A stretch of 64,000 nt of DNA, from positions 23,483-87,482 of the forward strand of contig CAWHQD010000031.1 in assembly GCA_963831395.1 (NCBI GenBank), read 5' to 3'. Under the pieces are notes generated by a model. The model was not told the origin of the DNA. It searched no databases and saw nothing but the letters and a program-made list of their open reading frames with translations. Below are positions 45,594 through 57,882 of the stretch, one piece after another. Origin of the DNA: an uncultured beta proteobacterium. Its GTDB lineage: Bacteria; Pseudomonadota; Gammaproteobacteria; Burkholderiales; Nitrosomonadaceae. Position 1 is the stretch's first letter. Every line of letters begins with the position of its first letter. The position numbers were made by a program, and so were the translations under genes.

Positions 45594-46505
45594 TTAAAAC
45601 CCCTTCCCCCACCGGTAGTGGTAGGCGATTCCGATAATATCCAGGTTGGCTCCGCTTTGGGCAGAAACAACTGAGCTGCCGTAGAGCTTGATAGAATTCT
45701 GACGGTTAATTGGAAACGCCAGGCTCGCACCCAAGCGCGAGGTCTGCTGCAGGTCGTCGTTTCTCCTGCCGTCCATCGTTGTGCGGCCCCCGGTAAAAAA
45801 CGTCGCATCGAGAGAACCCCAGATGCCGGAAGATCCGAAACTGTAGATCAGATGTCCCCGCGCAGCATAGAGCGGATCCCGCTCCAGGTTTCTACCCTGG
45901 AAAGGCTGATTGTTATCAGTAAAAATATATGCACTTGCAACAAGCTCAAGTGTGACTGGCCCCAACGCCTTCGAAAGGCCGATCTCCGGTTTGAAATACC
46001 AGCGGTTAGTGCCGATGTTCACGAGCCTTTGATCATCGTATTGTCCTCCTGGTGCTGAAACCGCCAGACTTACTCCCAAGATGGTGTCCTGTTTGTAATT
46101 AGCAAATTCTTTGACTGAAAGAGCCGGAGCTCCAAGGAGGTTCACGTAAAGGCGAACAACAGGATCGCCAAATCCACTTACGGCCCTGCTTCGCGGCTCC
46201 CCTGCTACTAAAGCCTCGCCAGAGAGCCAGGCATGAGGGACGATGATGTCGAACTTGCCCGATCTCCCCCAGATATCAAGCGACCTTGCATAAGCGAAAA
46301 TGGAGTTATGAACTTCCAGTTGGGCATCTTTAATCGGCACCGCCGGAGAGAATCCCACGCCGCCGTTCATATAGGCGTAACTTGCAACGATAAAGTTCTG
46401 CCCGACAGGAATATTGGAATAGGCTCTCGGTTCGAGATCGACTGCACCCACCTTTGGCGCTATGGCTGCAAGGGTTGACACTATCAATAGCTTGGCAAAC
46501 CGCAT
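45594..46505 (-). CDS. Outer-membrane beta-barrel 'transporter' (MetA-pathway phenol degradation-like family)
   Basis: Signal peptide, DLEPRAYSNIPVG, GFGDP, P.GQYD...VNIGTNRW, alternating C-terminal strand ending in an aromatic residue. Confidence 0.75.
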   Translation of the reverse strand: MRFAKLLIVSTLAAIAPKVGAVDLEPRAYSNIPVGQNFIVASYAYMNGGVGFSPAVPIKDAQLEVHNSIFAYARSLDIWGRSGKFDIIVPHAWLSGEALVAGEPRSRAVSGFGDPVVRLYVNLLGAPALSVKEFANYKQDTILGVSLAVSAPGGQYDDQRLVNIGTNRWYFKPEIGLSKALGPVTLELVASAYIFTDNNQPFQGRNLERDPLYAARGHLIYSFGSSGIWGSLDATFFTGGRTTMDGRRNDDLQQTSRLGASLAFPINRQNSIKLYGSSVVSAQSGANLDIIGIAYHYRWGKGF

Positions 46506-46815
46506 AAGAGCAAGTCCTGGGAAGCAGTCGCAGATCTTAGGGCGCTGCGCTCGATGAAGTAATCCAACCTATTTTCATGCTGAGTTTTTGGCGTGTAGCG
46601 TACTCATACCAGGTTATTCGATATTGTTGGCATATCAAGTTACAAGAAGGTGCGAAAAGGTACCGGGTTTTTGCTTGCACGCTCGTTTACGACTTTGACT
46701 ATACGTCCTATTTAACCTATGGTTAACTCTAGTGCAGAGGGTCTTTATTTTTCTTATACACTACGCCAAACAGGTCAGTAAACATCAAGCAATTCTCATG
46801 TCAAGGAGCAAGACC

Positions 46816-47079
46816 ATGAATAGGAAAGCTTTTCAGGTTGTCGTATCTAGCTTGGCCACGGCAACGGCACTGTTGATAGCACCGTTAACGAGCTACGCAA
46901 TCGAACAGGGTGAGCAACGTCGCGACGCGCGGGACATAAAGCAGGACGCCCGTCAGGGGGCAAGAGAGACCAAGGCTGAATGTCGCGCGGGGGAGGAAAA
47001 GACTCGGGCGGAATGTCGCCAGGAAAAACGGGACACCAAGCAGGATGCTCGCCAGGAAGGTCGTGACATCAAGTATTAG
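46816..47079 (+). CDS. Small secreted helical-repeat protein
   Basis: AGGAG RBS, signal peptide, repeated RD.KQDARQ and AECR units. Confidence 0.7.
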   Translation: MNRKAFQVVVSSLATATALLIAPLTSYAIEQGEQRRDARDIKQDARQGARETKAECRAGEEKTRAECRQEKRDTKQDARQEGRDIKY

Positions 47080-47269
47080 CAGGGGGACGTACACTGCCAG
47101 GGGATGTTGCGGCGGCGTTGCCTGCGCTATTTAGTCGATGACGGTGATGGGGCGTTGCGCTGGCAGGCCAGCCCCTGCGCTCTAGGACGCGGCGCGGATG
47201 TCCCCGCGTCAAGGGGCGGATTTTTGCAGATGCTCTTCTTGCAGCTGGTCCGCAGGCCGCACTTGCGTG

Positions 47270-47371
47270 GTGCCATGGTTTGCGTCGAGGCATAGTCACC
47301 CTCGGCGACCGCGCTCTGGCGACTGCCAGTTCGCCTGGCAGGGTGATGGTCACTCGCTCGAGTTCTGCCAT
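47270..47371 (-). pseudogene. ParD-like ribbon-helix-helix antitoxin remnant
   Basis: MAELERVTITLPGELA followed, after a frameshift, by VAEGDYAST; no toxin gene adjacent. Confidence 0.6.
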
Positions 47372-47779
47372 ATTTATTTCCGCATAGAGGTCTTGATCAA
47401 CTCATACTTTCTCATACTCGGCACCTCTAAAGCCCCTGCGACAATATGTCACATTCCCACAGTAGTAAAAATGAATTATTCTGCTGGCAGACATTCTCCT
47501 TGAAGTGGAAAAGTTGCGAAGATGTAATCAGAGTATCTGTAACTGTGTTTATCTGTTGTCCTAAGCTTGTCCGCGGTTGTTTTAACGTATTACCCTCCTT
47601 TCCTATTTGGGTTCGTCGCACCTCCCCCCGGTGTCGCGGACCCTTTTCTTTTTTAGGTCGAGCTTACCCCTGTCGCTATTTATTAGAAGTTCCTTTCGGA
47701 TTTGCCTTTTGCCATCCTGCAGCAATTGCCACATTCACACTTTCCCTTTGTAGAGAGAATGGCTTTCGGGGTGGCTAGA

Positions 47780-48060
47780 AGGAGGGAATTCATGAGGCAA
47801 GTTTACCTCTGATAAAATAGGTTATCGATGGTAAGCAAATCTGCAGGCTGTTCTGACTTGGGCCGGTTTTCAAGAATTTGATATGGATTTGTCGTGCCGC
47901 ATTTCTCCCACCAGACGCCGTTTTCCTTTTTACCCCCGCTTTAACTCTATATAATCAGTTAACTTTTCTGTCTCCCGAGGTCGTCCGGCACCATCCATGA
48001 GCTTTGTCAACAAGCCAATGGCAAAAAAATCAAGTTCCAATCCCTTGCCGCCCAGGCTCG
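47780..48060 (+). repeat. Functional ftsK promoter/5' copy of the direct repeat (TATAAT at 47950-47955)
   Basis: Homologous to 44981..45258. Confidence 0.88.
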
Positions 48061-50294
48061 CCAGGTTGCTGCGCGAATCCGCCGGGCTTGCGTTGCTGGG
48101 CGTGGTGCTTTATCTGATGTTGATATTTTATGGATATGATCGCGCTGACCCGGGATGGTCGCACAGCGGGAGCGCTCCAGCCCAAAACCCCGGCGGGCTT
48201 GCGGGCGCATGGTTGTCGGACTTGTTATTGTATTTATTCGGCGCTTCAGCCTGGTGGTCGGTATTATTCTTTCTCTTCCTGGTCTCATGGTCGTACCACC
48301 GCCTGGATGGAGGAGTTTTCGACCGCCGCCCCTTGTTTGTATCCGTCGCGGGTTTTCTGGTATTGCTGATTGCCAGCAGCGGACTTGAAGCGCTGCGGTT
48401 TTATACGCTCCAGATAACCTTGCCCCAGACACCGGGGGGTGTGCTGGGCCTGATAATCAGCAAAAACCTGTCTCAGCTGCTGGGTTTCACCGGCGCGACG
48501 CTAGCGCTGGTCATATTGATTGCAATCGGTTTCAGCCTGTTTACCGGCCTTTCGTGGTTGCGCTTCGTCGAAAAACTGGGCGCCATCATGGAGGGGAGTT
48601 GCCTGCTCCTCAAGCGGCAATGGGAGAACTGGCAAGATCGCCGCGCGGGCTTGGCCTCGGCAATCAAACGCGATGAGTTGGTCGAGGTGGGAAAAAAACG
48701 TTTCCACGAGAATCCGCCTTTACACATTGAACAGCCGGCCACTGCGATTCCGAAGTCGCCTCGGGTGATCAAGGAAAAACAAACGCCGCTATTCGTCGAT
48801 TTGCCCGATTCGCCATTGCCGCCATTGCGTCTCCTGGATGACCCGCCGAAGAAGGATGTGGAGATCTTGTCGACCGACACGCTCGAATTTACTTCCCGCC
48901 TGATCGAACGGAAGCTGATCGATTTTGGCGTGGAGGTCAAGGTGGTGGCGGCATATCCCGGTCCGGTCATTACCCGTTATGAAATCGAACCCGCTGTCGG
49001 CGTGAAAGGCAACCAGATACTCAACCTGGTGAAAGACCTCGCGCGATCATTGTCCGTGGTGAGCATACGCGTGGTTGAAACCATCCCTGGCAAGACCAGC
49101 ATGGGTCTGGAAATTCCTAATCCAAAACGGCAGGTGGTGCGGCTATCAGAGATTCTCAGTTCGCAGGCCTATGCGGAGATGGCGTCGCCTTTGACGATTG
49201 CGCTGGGCAAGGACATCGGCGGCCATCCGGTAGTGGCGGACCTGGCAAGAATGCCGCATGTACTGGTGGCGGGAACGACGGGATCAGGCAAGTCGGTGGC
49301 GATCAATGCAATGATACTGAGCCTTATCTACAAAGCGACGCCTGAGCAGGTGCGCCTGATCCTGGTAGACCCGAAAATGCTTGAATTGTCCGTATATGAA
49401 GGCATTCCGCATCTGCTGGCGCCTGTGGTAACAGATATGCGGCAGGCGGCAAGCGCGCTGCGATGGGGCGTGGCGGAAATGGAGCGGCGCTATAAGCTGA
49501 TGTCTGCGTTGGGCGTGCGTAATCTCGCTGGTTACAATCAGAAGATCCGCGACGCGATCAAGAACGAGAAACCGCTGACCAATCCATTCAGCCTGACGCC
49601 CGATGCGCCGGAACCGCTGGAAGAGATGCCGCTGATCGTAGTGGTAATAGATGAGCTGGCGGATCTGATGATGGTGGTCGGCAAGAAGGTGGAGGAATTG
49701 ATCGCCCGGCTTGCGCAAAAGGCGCGTGCTGCGGGTGTACATTTATTGCTTGCTACCCAACGGCCCTCGGTGGATGTGATTACCGGCCTGATCAAGGCCA
49801 ACATTCCGACGCGGGTCGCGTTTCAGGTATCCAGCAAGGTCGATTCCCGCACCATACTCGATCAGATGGGGGCGGAAGCGCTGCTGGGGCAGGGCGATAT
49901 GCTTTATCTGCCGCCGGGCAGCGGGTATCCGCAACGAGTGCATGGCGCGTTTGTTGCGGATCAGGAAGTGCACCGGGTAGTGGAATATTTGAAGGAGCAC
50001 GGTGAGCCGCGTTATGTGGATGGCGTGCTTAACTCATTGGAAGAGGATAACGGGACGGGCGACAGTGGTAGCATGGCAGCGCAGGAAAGCGGGGAATCTG
50101 ATCCGCTTTACGACGAAGCCGTTGGAGTGGTGCTCAAGTCCCGCCGCGCCTCCATTTCACTGGTACAGCGGCACTTGCGCATCGGTTATAACCGGGCTGC
50201 GCGGCTGATTGAAGAGATGGAACGTGCCGGTCTGGTTTCAGCCATGCAGACCAACGGTAATCGGGAAGTGCTGGTTCCGGCGCGGAATGAATAG
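47997..50294 (+). CDS. ftsK: DNA translocase FtsK
   Basis: N-terminal TM domain, [30 protein letters not shown], gamma domain [10 protein letters not shown]. Confidence 0.98.
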   Translation: MSFVNKPMAKKSSSNPLPPRLARLLRESAGLALLGVVLYLMLIFYGYDRADPGWSHSGSAPAQNPGGLAGAWLSDLLLYLFGASAWWSVLFFLFLVSWSYHRLDGGVFDRRPLFVSVAGFLVLLIASSGLEALRFYTLQITLPQTPGGVLGLIISKNLSQLLGFTGATLALVILIAIGFSLFTGLSWLRFVEKLGAIMEGSCLLLKRQWENWQDRRAGLASAIKRDELVEVGKKRFHENPPLHIEQPATAIPKSPRVIKEKQTPLFVDLPDSPLPPLRLLDDPPKKDVEILSTDTLEFTSRLIERKLIDFGVEVKVVAAYPGPVITRYEIEPAVGVKGNQILNLVKDLARSLSVVSIRVVETIPGKTSMGLEIPNPKRQVVRLSEILSSQAYAEMASPLTIALGKDIGGHPVVADLARMPHVLVAGTTGSGKSVAINAMILSLIYKATPEQVRLILVDPKMLELSVYEGIPHLLAPVVTDMRQAASALRWGVAEMERRYKLMSALGVRNLAGYNQKIRDAIKNEKPLTNPFSLTPDAPEPLEEMPLIVVVIDELADLMMVVGKKVEELIARLAQKARAAGVHLLLATQRPSVDVITGLIKANIPTRVAFQVSSKVDSRTILDQMGAEALLGQGDMLYLPPGSGYPQRVHGAFVADQEVHRVVEYLKEHGEPRYVDGVLNSLEEDNGTGDSGSMAAQESGESDPLYDEAVGVVLKSRRASISLVQRHLRIGYNRAARLIEEMERAGLVSAMQTNGNREVLVPARNE

Positions 50295-50385
50295 AAGCCA
50301 GCAAATGCTACAAAAGTCATCTTGGTCGGCCAGGTCCATTCAACGCGGTTATCAGCAACTGATCCAGCTATCAAACACTACAAAA

Positions 50386-50412
50386 GTCATACCCGCGAAA
50401 GCGGGTATCCAG
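50386..50412. repeat. REP/dRS3-like palindromic element
   Basis: GTCATACCCGCGAAAGCGGGTATCCAG, stem ATACCCGC-GAAA-GCGGGTAT. Confidence 0.6.
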
Positions 50413-50455
50413 GGCGCCAGGACGCGTCATCGTTTATCGGATTGCCGCGCAAGTC

Positions 50456-50493
50456 AAAACGCCCCGCTCCTCGAATCCGAGGAGCGGGGCGTT
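50456..50493 (-). terminator. Terminator of amoC (possibly bidirectional with ftsK)
   Basis: 16-bp stem AACGCCCCGCTCCTCG/CGAGGAGCGGGGCGTT ending in a T tract on the minus strand. Confidence 0.85.
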
Positions 50494-50538
50494 GTTTATA
50501 AAGCTAAAGCAGCTTCAGCTAATCAATCCGTCAGCCGC

Positions 50539-51381
<843 letters not shown>

Positions 51382-51426
51382 TTAAAACCAACATTCAGTT
51401 GGCGGCAATATATCCGCCAGCGAAGT

Positions 51427-51455
51427 TTAGACTTTTGCCCCTTACTTCGAGTTCC
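51427..51455 (-). promoter_or_regulatory. Sigma-E (RpoE/AlgU)-like promoter of amoC
   Basis: Minus strand GGAACTC-N17-TCTAA, about 70 bp upstream of the ATG. Confidence 0.6.
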
Positions 51456-51740
51456 CATTTTTTTTTGAAGTCTTTAACGAATATCTCAAGAAAAATCTCT
51501 ACTGCAAGATATGCTTCTGTTTTTCCACGGACGATGCCCATCAGGATAAGCCATAGACGCAGGATGTTTATGGCCCGGACAAGAGCAGAAGCGTTAAAAT
51601 CGCAATCGCAGCAGTAAACCACTTTACCGTTCCCGGTTTCCAGTTGCGAACGCCGTCGTGCTACCGGTCAAGCGAATTGATCGATCCGCCCTCCGGAACA
51701 GGAAAAGCTGTTTTATTATCCTTTTATCCAGGAAATACTC

Positions 51741-52364
51741 ATGAATTTTTCGGAACGATGCTGGTTTTTTCTCCTGTTCTCTTTATTTAGCGCTGCTGCC
51801 GAGGCTGACGCGATCAGCAGCCTCAAGAATTTTATGCAAAATACACGCACTTTTCGCGCGGAGTTTTCACAGACCGTTCTCGACAGGAACGGGCGTGTAG
51901 TGCAAAAAGGCGGCGGTACGATGCAATTCGAGCGTCCCGGCAAGTTTCGGTGGGTTTACGAGAAACCGTACGAGCAGTTGATCGTCGGCGACGGTGACCG
52001 GATATGGTTTTACGACCATGACCTTGACCAGGTAACGGTCCGCAAGCTGGACGTCGCGATCGGCAGCACTCCCGCCGCATTACTTGCCGGAAGCAGCGAT
52101 ATCGAAAAGAGTTTCGATCTGGCTGATCTCGGTCTGCAGGGAGATACGGAGTGGCTTGAGGCGACGCCCAAAGCCAAGGAAAGTACGTTTGAATGGGTGC
52201 GCCTGGGATTTACGCGAGGAGGCGTGCTCAAGGCCATGGAGCTGCGCGACAATTTCGGCCAAACCACGGTGCTTGGGTTTTCGCGGCTGGAAAAAAACCC
52301 GCGCCTTGCACCGGAATTGTTCAAATTCAGCCCACCCGAAGGTACGGACGTGATCAGTGACTGA
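51741..52364 (+). CDS. lolA: Outer-membrane lipoprotein chaperone LolA
   Basis: Signal peptide, RPGKFRW.YEKP, DLDQVT, TPAALL; ftsK-lolA-rarA synteny. Confidence 0.95.
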   Translation: MNFSERCWFFLLFSLFSAAAEADAISSLKNFMQNTRTFRAEFSQTVLDRNGRVVQKGGGTMQFERPGKFRWVYEKPYEQLIVGDGDRIWFYDHDLDQVTVRKLDVAIGSTPAALLAGSSDIEKSFDLADLGLQGDTEWLEATPKAKESTFEWVRLGFTRGGVLKAMELRDNFGQTTVLGFSRLEKNPRLAPELFKFSPPEGTDVISD

Positions 52365-53670
52365 CTTGTTTGAACAACACGAGCCTGCGGCGCCGCTCGC
52401 AGAACGGCTGCGTCCTCACGAACTGAAAGACGTTGTTGGACAGTCACACCTGCTTGGCCCAGGCAAGCCTTTGCGCCTTGCGTTTGAATCCGGGAAACTG
52501 CATTCAATGATACTGTGGGGCCCGCCCGGTACTGGTAAAACCACATTGGCGCGGCTTATGGCGGTCGCGTTTGACGCTGAATTCATCGCCTTGTCGGCGG
52601 TGTTGGCCGGGGTCAAGGACATCCGCGAAGCTATTGAGCGGGCAAGAATCGTGTTGCAGCAATCGGGGCGCCACACGATTTTATTCGTGGATGAGGTTCA
52701 CCGCTTCAACAAATCGCAGCAGGATGCGTTTCTACCCTATGTAGAACAAGGATTGATTACATTCATTGGCGCCACGACCGAGAATCCTTCATTTGAAGTT
52801 AATAATGCGCTGTTATCGCGAGCACAGGTTTATGTGCTCACTGCCTTGTCCGAAAGTGAACTCCTCACCCTGTTCGAGCGCGCAAGGAACCTGGCATTGC
52901 AGGGATTGGCGTTTACCGATGAAGCCAGGTCTTTATTGATTGATTATGCCGACGGAGACGCGCGCCGTTTACTCAACTTTCTTGAGCAAATAAAAATTGC
53001 GGCGGCAACCGAGGAAGTTACGGAAATAGGGGCAGAGTATGTGCAGAGCGCCCTTTTTCGTGGCGCCCATCGATTTGATAAAGGGGGAGATGAATTTTAC
53101 GATCAGATTTCGGCGCTTCATAAATCCCTGCGGGGATCCAATCCGGACGCAACGCTTTACTGGATGTGCCGCATGCTGGACGGAGGCGCCGACCCGCGCT
53201 ATGTCGCGCGACGCCTGGTTCGCGCCTCTGTGGAAGATATCGGTCTCGCTGATCCGCGCGCATTAGGGGTGGCGCTGGATGCGGCTGAGACTTATGAGCG
53301 CCTCGGCAGTCCCGAAGGCGAACTGGCTTTGGCGCAGGCCGCGCTGTACCTTGCTTGCGCGCCAAAGAGCAATGCAGCCTACCTCGCATATAATAAAATA
53401 CGGTCTTTTATTGACGGCGACAAGTCCCGCCGCGTACCGGAGCACTTGCGTAATGCACCCACCCGGCTTATGAAGGACCTGGGCTTCGGACGAGATTACC
53501 GTTATGCTCATGACGATCCCGAAGCCTATGCCGCCGGGGAAAATTACTTTCCGGAAGGCATGCCAGAGGTTAAATTTTACGAACCGGCCACGCGGGGATT
53601 CGAAGCTAAAATTGCGGAAAGGCTGGCACACCTGCGCGAGCTGGACAAACAAGCCAAGAAAAACGCGTAG
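52357..53670 (+). CDS. rarA: Replication-associated recombination protein A
   Basis: PLAERLRP, WGPPGTGKTT, DEVHRFNKSQQD, ISALHKS.RGS. Confidence 0.96.
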   Translation: MTDLFEQHEPAAPLAERLRPHELKDVVGQSHLLGPGKPLRLAFESGKLHSMILWGPPGTGKTTLARLMAVAFDAEFIALSAVLAGVKDIREAIERARIVLQQSGRHTILFVDEVHRFNKSQQDAFLPYVEQGLITFIGATTENPSFEVNNALLSRAQVYVLTALSESELLTLFERARNLALQGLAFTDEARSLLIDYADGDARRLLNFLEQIKIAAATEEVTEIGAEYVQSALFRGAHRFDKGGDEFYDQISALHKSLRGSNPDATLYWMCRMLDGGADPRYVARRLVRASVEDIGLADPRALGVALDAAETYERLGSPEGELALAQAALYLACAPKSNAAYLAYNKIRSFIDGDKSRRVPEHLRNAPTRLMKDLGFGRDYRYAHDDPEAYAAGENYFPEGMPEVKFYEPATRGFEAKIAERLAHLRELDKQAKKNA

Positions 53671-53684
53671 ATCGCCCCAATTAG

Positions 53685-55091
<1,407 letters not shown>

Positions 55092-55224
55092 TCGCGTCCC
55101 CTGCCCGGGCTCTGATGAAGAAACCCCGGACGATCTTCTCGTGGCTTACGCGAAACGTAGCCAACACTGCCCGTTTTCAGTCGAAAAAGATACCATTTCG
55201 GCTTTTTTTAACGTCTGCTGCACA

Positions 55225-55794
55225 TCAGACGCTACACCCATCGGCATCGCAAGCGGGGTTTCCCGCGGCTGCCGGGGCGGCTTCCCCGGTGCCAGCGGAT
55301 TCATCGATTTCCTCTGAAAGCAACGCACCGATGGAGAACCCAACCGTAAGGTCGCTGACATGCCCAAATTTATGCAAACGGATGTGCCCGGTTTTGTCGA
55401 TCAAAACGAGGGTGGGTGTCCCTTGCATTTGATACGCTCGCATTGTCAGGGGAATGCCTTCCGGCTGGTTTTCATACTTGTCGATACCAATCGGAAAACG
55501 TAGACGATACTCATGCACGAATACCTCGAGCGCGTCACGGCCCATCACGTCGTGATGTTCGAAAACAGTGTGCAGACCTATCACCGCTACCCGGTTGGGA
55601 TCAAACTCCTGATGTATTCTCTGAGCCTGCGGAATACCGATCTGTACACAGCCCGGACAGAAGATTTGAAAGGTGTGCAGTACAACCACCTTGCCACGTA
55701 ATGAGGCGAGCGTAAGCGGGTGAGGGGTATTGAGCCAACCCGATGTCTGTAGCTCCGGCGCTATGCTTGCCCTGATACCACCAGTTTCCACCAT
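55225..55794 (-). CDS. Redoxin/TlpA-like thiol-disulfide oxidoreductase
   Basis: LRGKVVVLHTFQIFCPGC (CxxC), GLHTVFEHH, GTPTLVLIDK.G. Confidence 0.85.
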   Translation of the reverse strand: MVETGGIRASIAPELQTSGWLNTPHPLTLASLRGKVVVLHTFQIFCPGCVQIGIPQAQRIHQEFDPNRVAVIGLHTVFEHHDVMGRDALEVFVHEYRLRFPIGIDKYENQPEGIPLTMRAYQMQGTPTLVLIDKTGHIRLHKFGHVSDLTVGFSIGALLSEEIDESAGTGEAAPAAAGNPACDADGCSV

Positions 55795-56729
55795 TCTTTA
55801 TATCCTCAAAAATATCGCATTATAAGGAAGATGCTGAATAAGTCTACGCGGAGCGATGCTGTATCCGCTTTAAATGGAAAAACCATCCGGCTTTTTGCAC
55901 TGATAATGCAAGTCGGGATGCACAGGCATCCTCAGTATAACTTCAATATGGCAAGGGGATGACGTTGATGACATTTGAGTAAAACCACATATCCGGGCTC
56001 GCCAATACCACAATTCAAATAGGGTAAAATTCCCACAATTTGAAGAAGGGAAAAATACCGTTTTTTAGAATAGGGGCATTATTAATTTTGACTAACAAGG
56101 CCGCGTTTCTGTCTTGTACGCTTAACCTTGGTGTGGTAGAATTTTTCCGCTTCAAGTAGGAGTGCCTGCGGCGGAACTTGCCAGATACAGAGAAATATTC
56201 AGGAACTTGAATTGGTTTTGATGAAAAAAATAAGAATAATAATATTAAATCAATGCAGTAGATGGATTTAATACGATTTTTATTTTATGTATTCTGGTTA
56301 AGAAAACAAGTAGCGTGCCAGCGTACATATGGCGAAACATGATGAACGCATATATCCATCTCGGAAGTTTTGTCTTCTTTGTATATTTGACGATGCATTA
56401 TGCTATTAACCAGGGAATCCATCGTTCGGATTTGATAACGGCGGGGCGTTAATTTATTTTTTGTTTTTGTCGAAACCTGGAACTTATGGAAATGCCGTTA
56501 TTCTTAATGTTTAGAATTCGCAACACGTTCATAGAATAACACAATTACCGACGTTCGCAATAGGGCTATTATGCGGGAATCAAGTAATGGCGATGCTGGC
56601 GTCCGGCTATTCCAGTAGTGCTGAGTTAGGAAAAATATTCTGGAAACCAGTCCGTGGACCCAGATAAAAATTTGCGAGATTTTAAGAATATTGGCTCGTA
56701 CTGTATTCAGTAATCAAGTGGGGGAAAAT

Positions 56730-57866
56730 ATGAGCAGTAAAGCAGCAGCAAGCATAATGGGGATGGTGACGATCGCGTTGTATTCCGGGCTGGGAATGGC
56801 GGCGGCGGACCCTCACCAGTTGAATTTGCCGGAGCCGCAGACGATCATAGCCAGGCAGATATATGATCAGCACACCATGCTATTGTGGATTTGCCTGGTG
56901 ATCTTCGTTGGCGTGTTCGGGGTCATGTTTTATTCCGTGCTCAAGCACCGCAAGTCCTTGAACTACAAAGCTGCGAACTTCCATCACAGCACCACGGTCG
57001 AGATCATCTGGACCATCATTCCGTTCTTCATCCTGGTTGGCATGGCCTATCCCGCCACCAAGACCATCATCGCGATGAAGGACACCTCCAGCCCCGACAT
57101 CACCATCAAGACCACGGGCTACCAGTGGAAATGGGGCTATGACTACCTGACGGGCGAAGGAGAAGGGATCAGCTTCCTGAGCAACCTTTCCACGCCCCGG
57201 GACCAGATAGAGAATGCCGCGCCCAAGGCCGAGAACTACCTCCTGGAAGTGGACAACCCGGTGGTGGTGCCCGTCGGCAAGAAGGTGCGCATCATCATCA
57301 CCGCCAACGACGTGCTGCACGCCTGGTGGGTGCCGGCGCTGGGCGTCAAGCAGGACGCCATACCCGGCTACATACGCGACGCCTGGTTCACGATAGACAA
57401 TCCGGGCACCTATCGCGGGCAGTGCGCCGAGCTCTGCGGCAAGGACCACGGCTTCATGCCCATCGTAGTGGAAGCGGTGGAGCCGGAGAAATACACCCAA
57501 TGGGTGGCGGAGCAGAAGAGCAAAACGGCTGCGGCGGCGGTGGATGTCAACAAGGAATTCACGATGGACGAGTTGAAAGCCGAAGGCGAGAAAGTGTACG
57601 CCGCCAACTGTGTTGCCTGCCATCAGGCCAATGGCAAGGGCATACCCGGCACATTTGCCCCGCTGGACGGATCGAAGGTTGCAACGGGTCCCAAGGCAGG
57701 CCACATCGATATTGTAATGAACGGCAAGACTGGCACGGCAATGGCTGCATTCAAGCATCTGTCGGATGTACAAATCGCGGCGGTGGTCACCTACGAACGC
57801 AATGCCTGGGGTAATGCGGCAGGCGACGTAGTGCAGCCATCGGAAATCAACGAATTCAGAAAATAG
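56730..57866 (+). CDS. coxB: Cytochrome c oxidase subunit II with C-terminal cytochrome c domain
   Basis: EIIWT, GYQWKWGYDY, DVLHAW, CAELCGKDHGFM CuA motif, CVACH heme c. Confidence 0.97.
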   Translation: MSSKAAASIMGMVTIALYSGLGMAAADPHQLNLPEPQTIIARQIYDQHTMLLWICLVIFVGVFGVMFYSVLKHRKSLNYKAANFHHSTTVEIIWTIIPFFILVGMAYPATKTIIAMKDTSSPDITIKTTGYQWKWGYDYLTGEGEGISFLSNLSTPRDQIENAAPKAENYLLEVDNPVVVPVGKKVRIIITANDVLHAWWVPALGVKQDAIPGYIRDAWFTIDNPGTYRGQCAELCGKDHGFMPIVVEAVEPEKYTQWVAEQKSKTAAAAVDVNKEFTMDELKAEGEKVYAANCVACHQANGKGIPGTFAPLDGSKVATGPKAGHIDIVMNGKTGTAMAAFKHLSDVQIAAVVTYERNAWGNAAGDVVQPSEINEFRK

Positions 57867-57882
57867 CATCAAGGAGGAAACC

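Noticed and set aside
47683-47793. Minus-strand Cys-rich micro-ORF (MNSLLLATPK...CECGNCCR)
   Set aside because: Not conserved in the homologous repeat copy at ~44990; probably a chance ORF.
55092-55224. tRNA-Ser expected after serS
   Set aside because: No cloverleaf or GTTCGAATC T-loop found; no tRNA or rRNA seen anywhere in the window.
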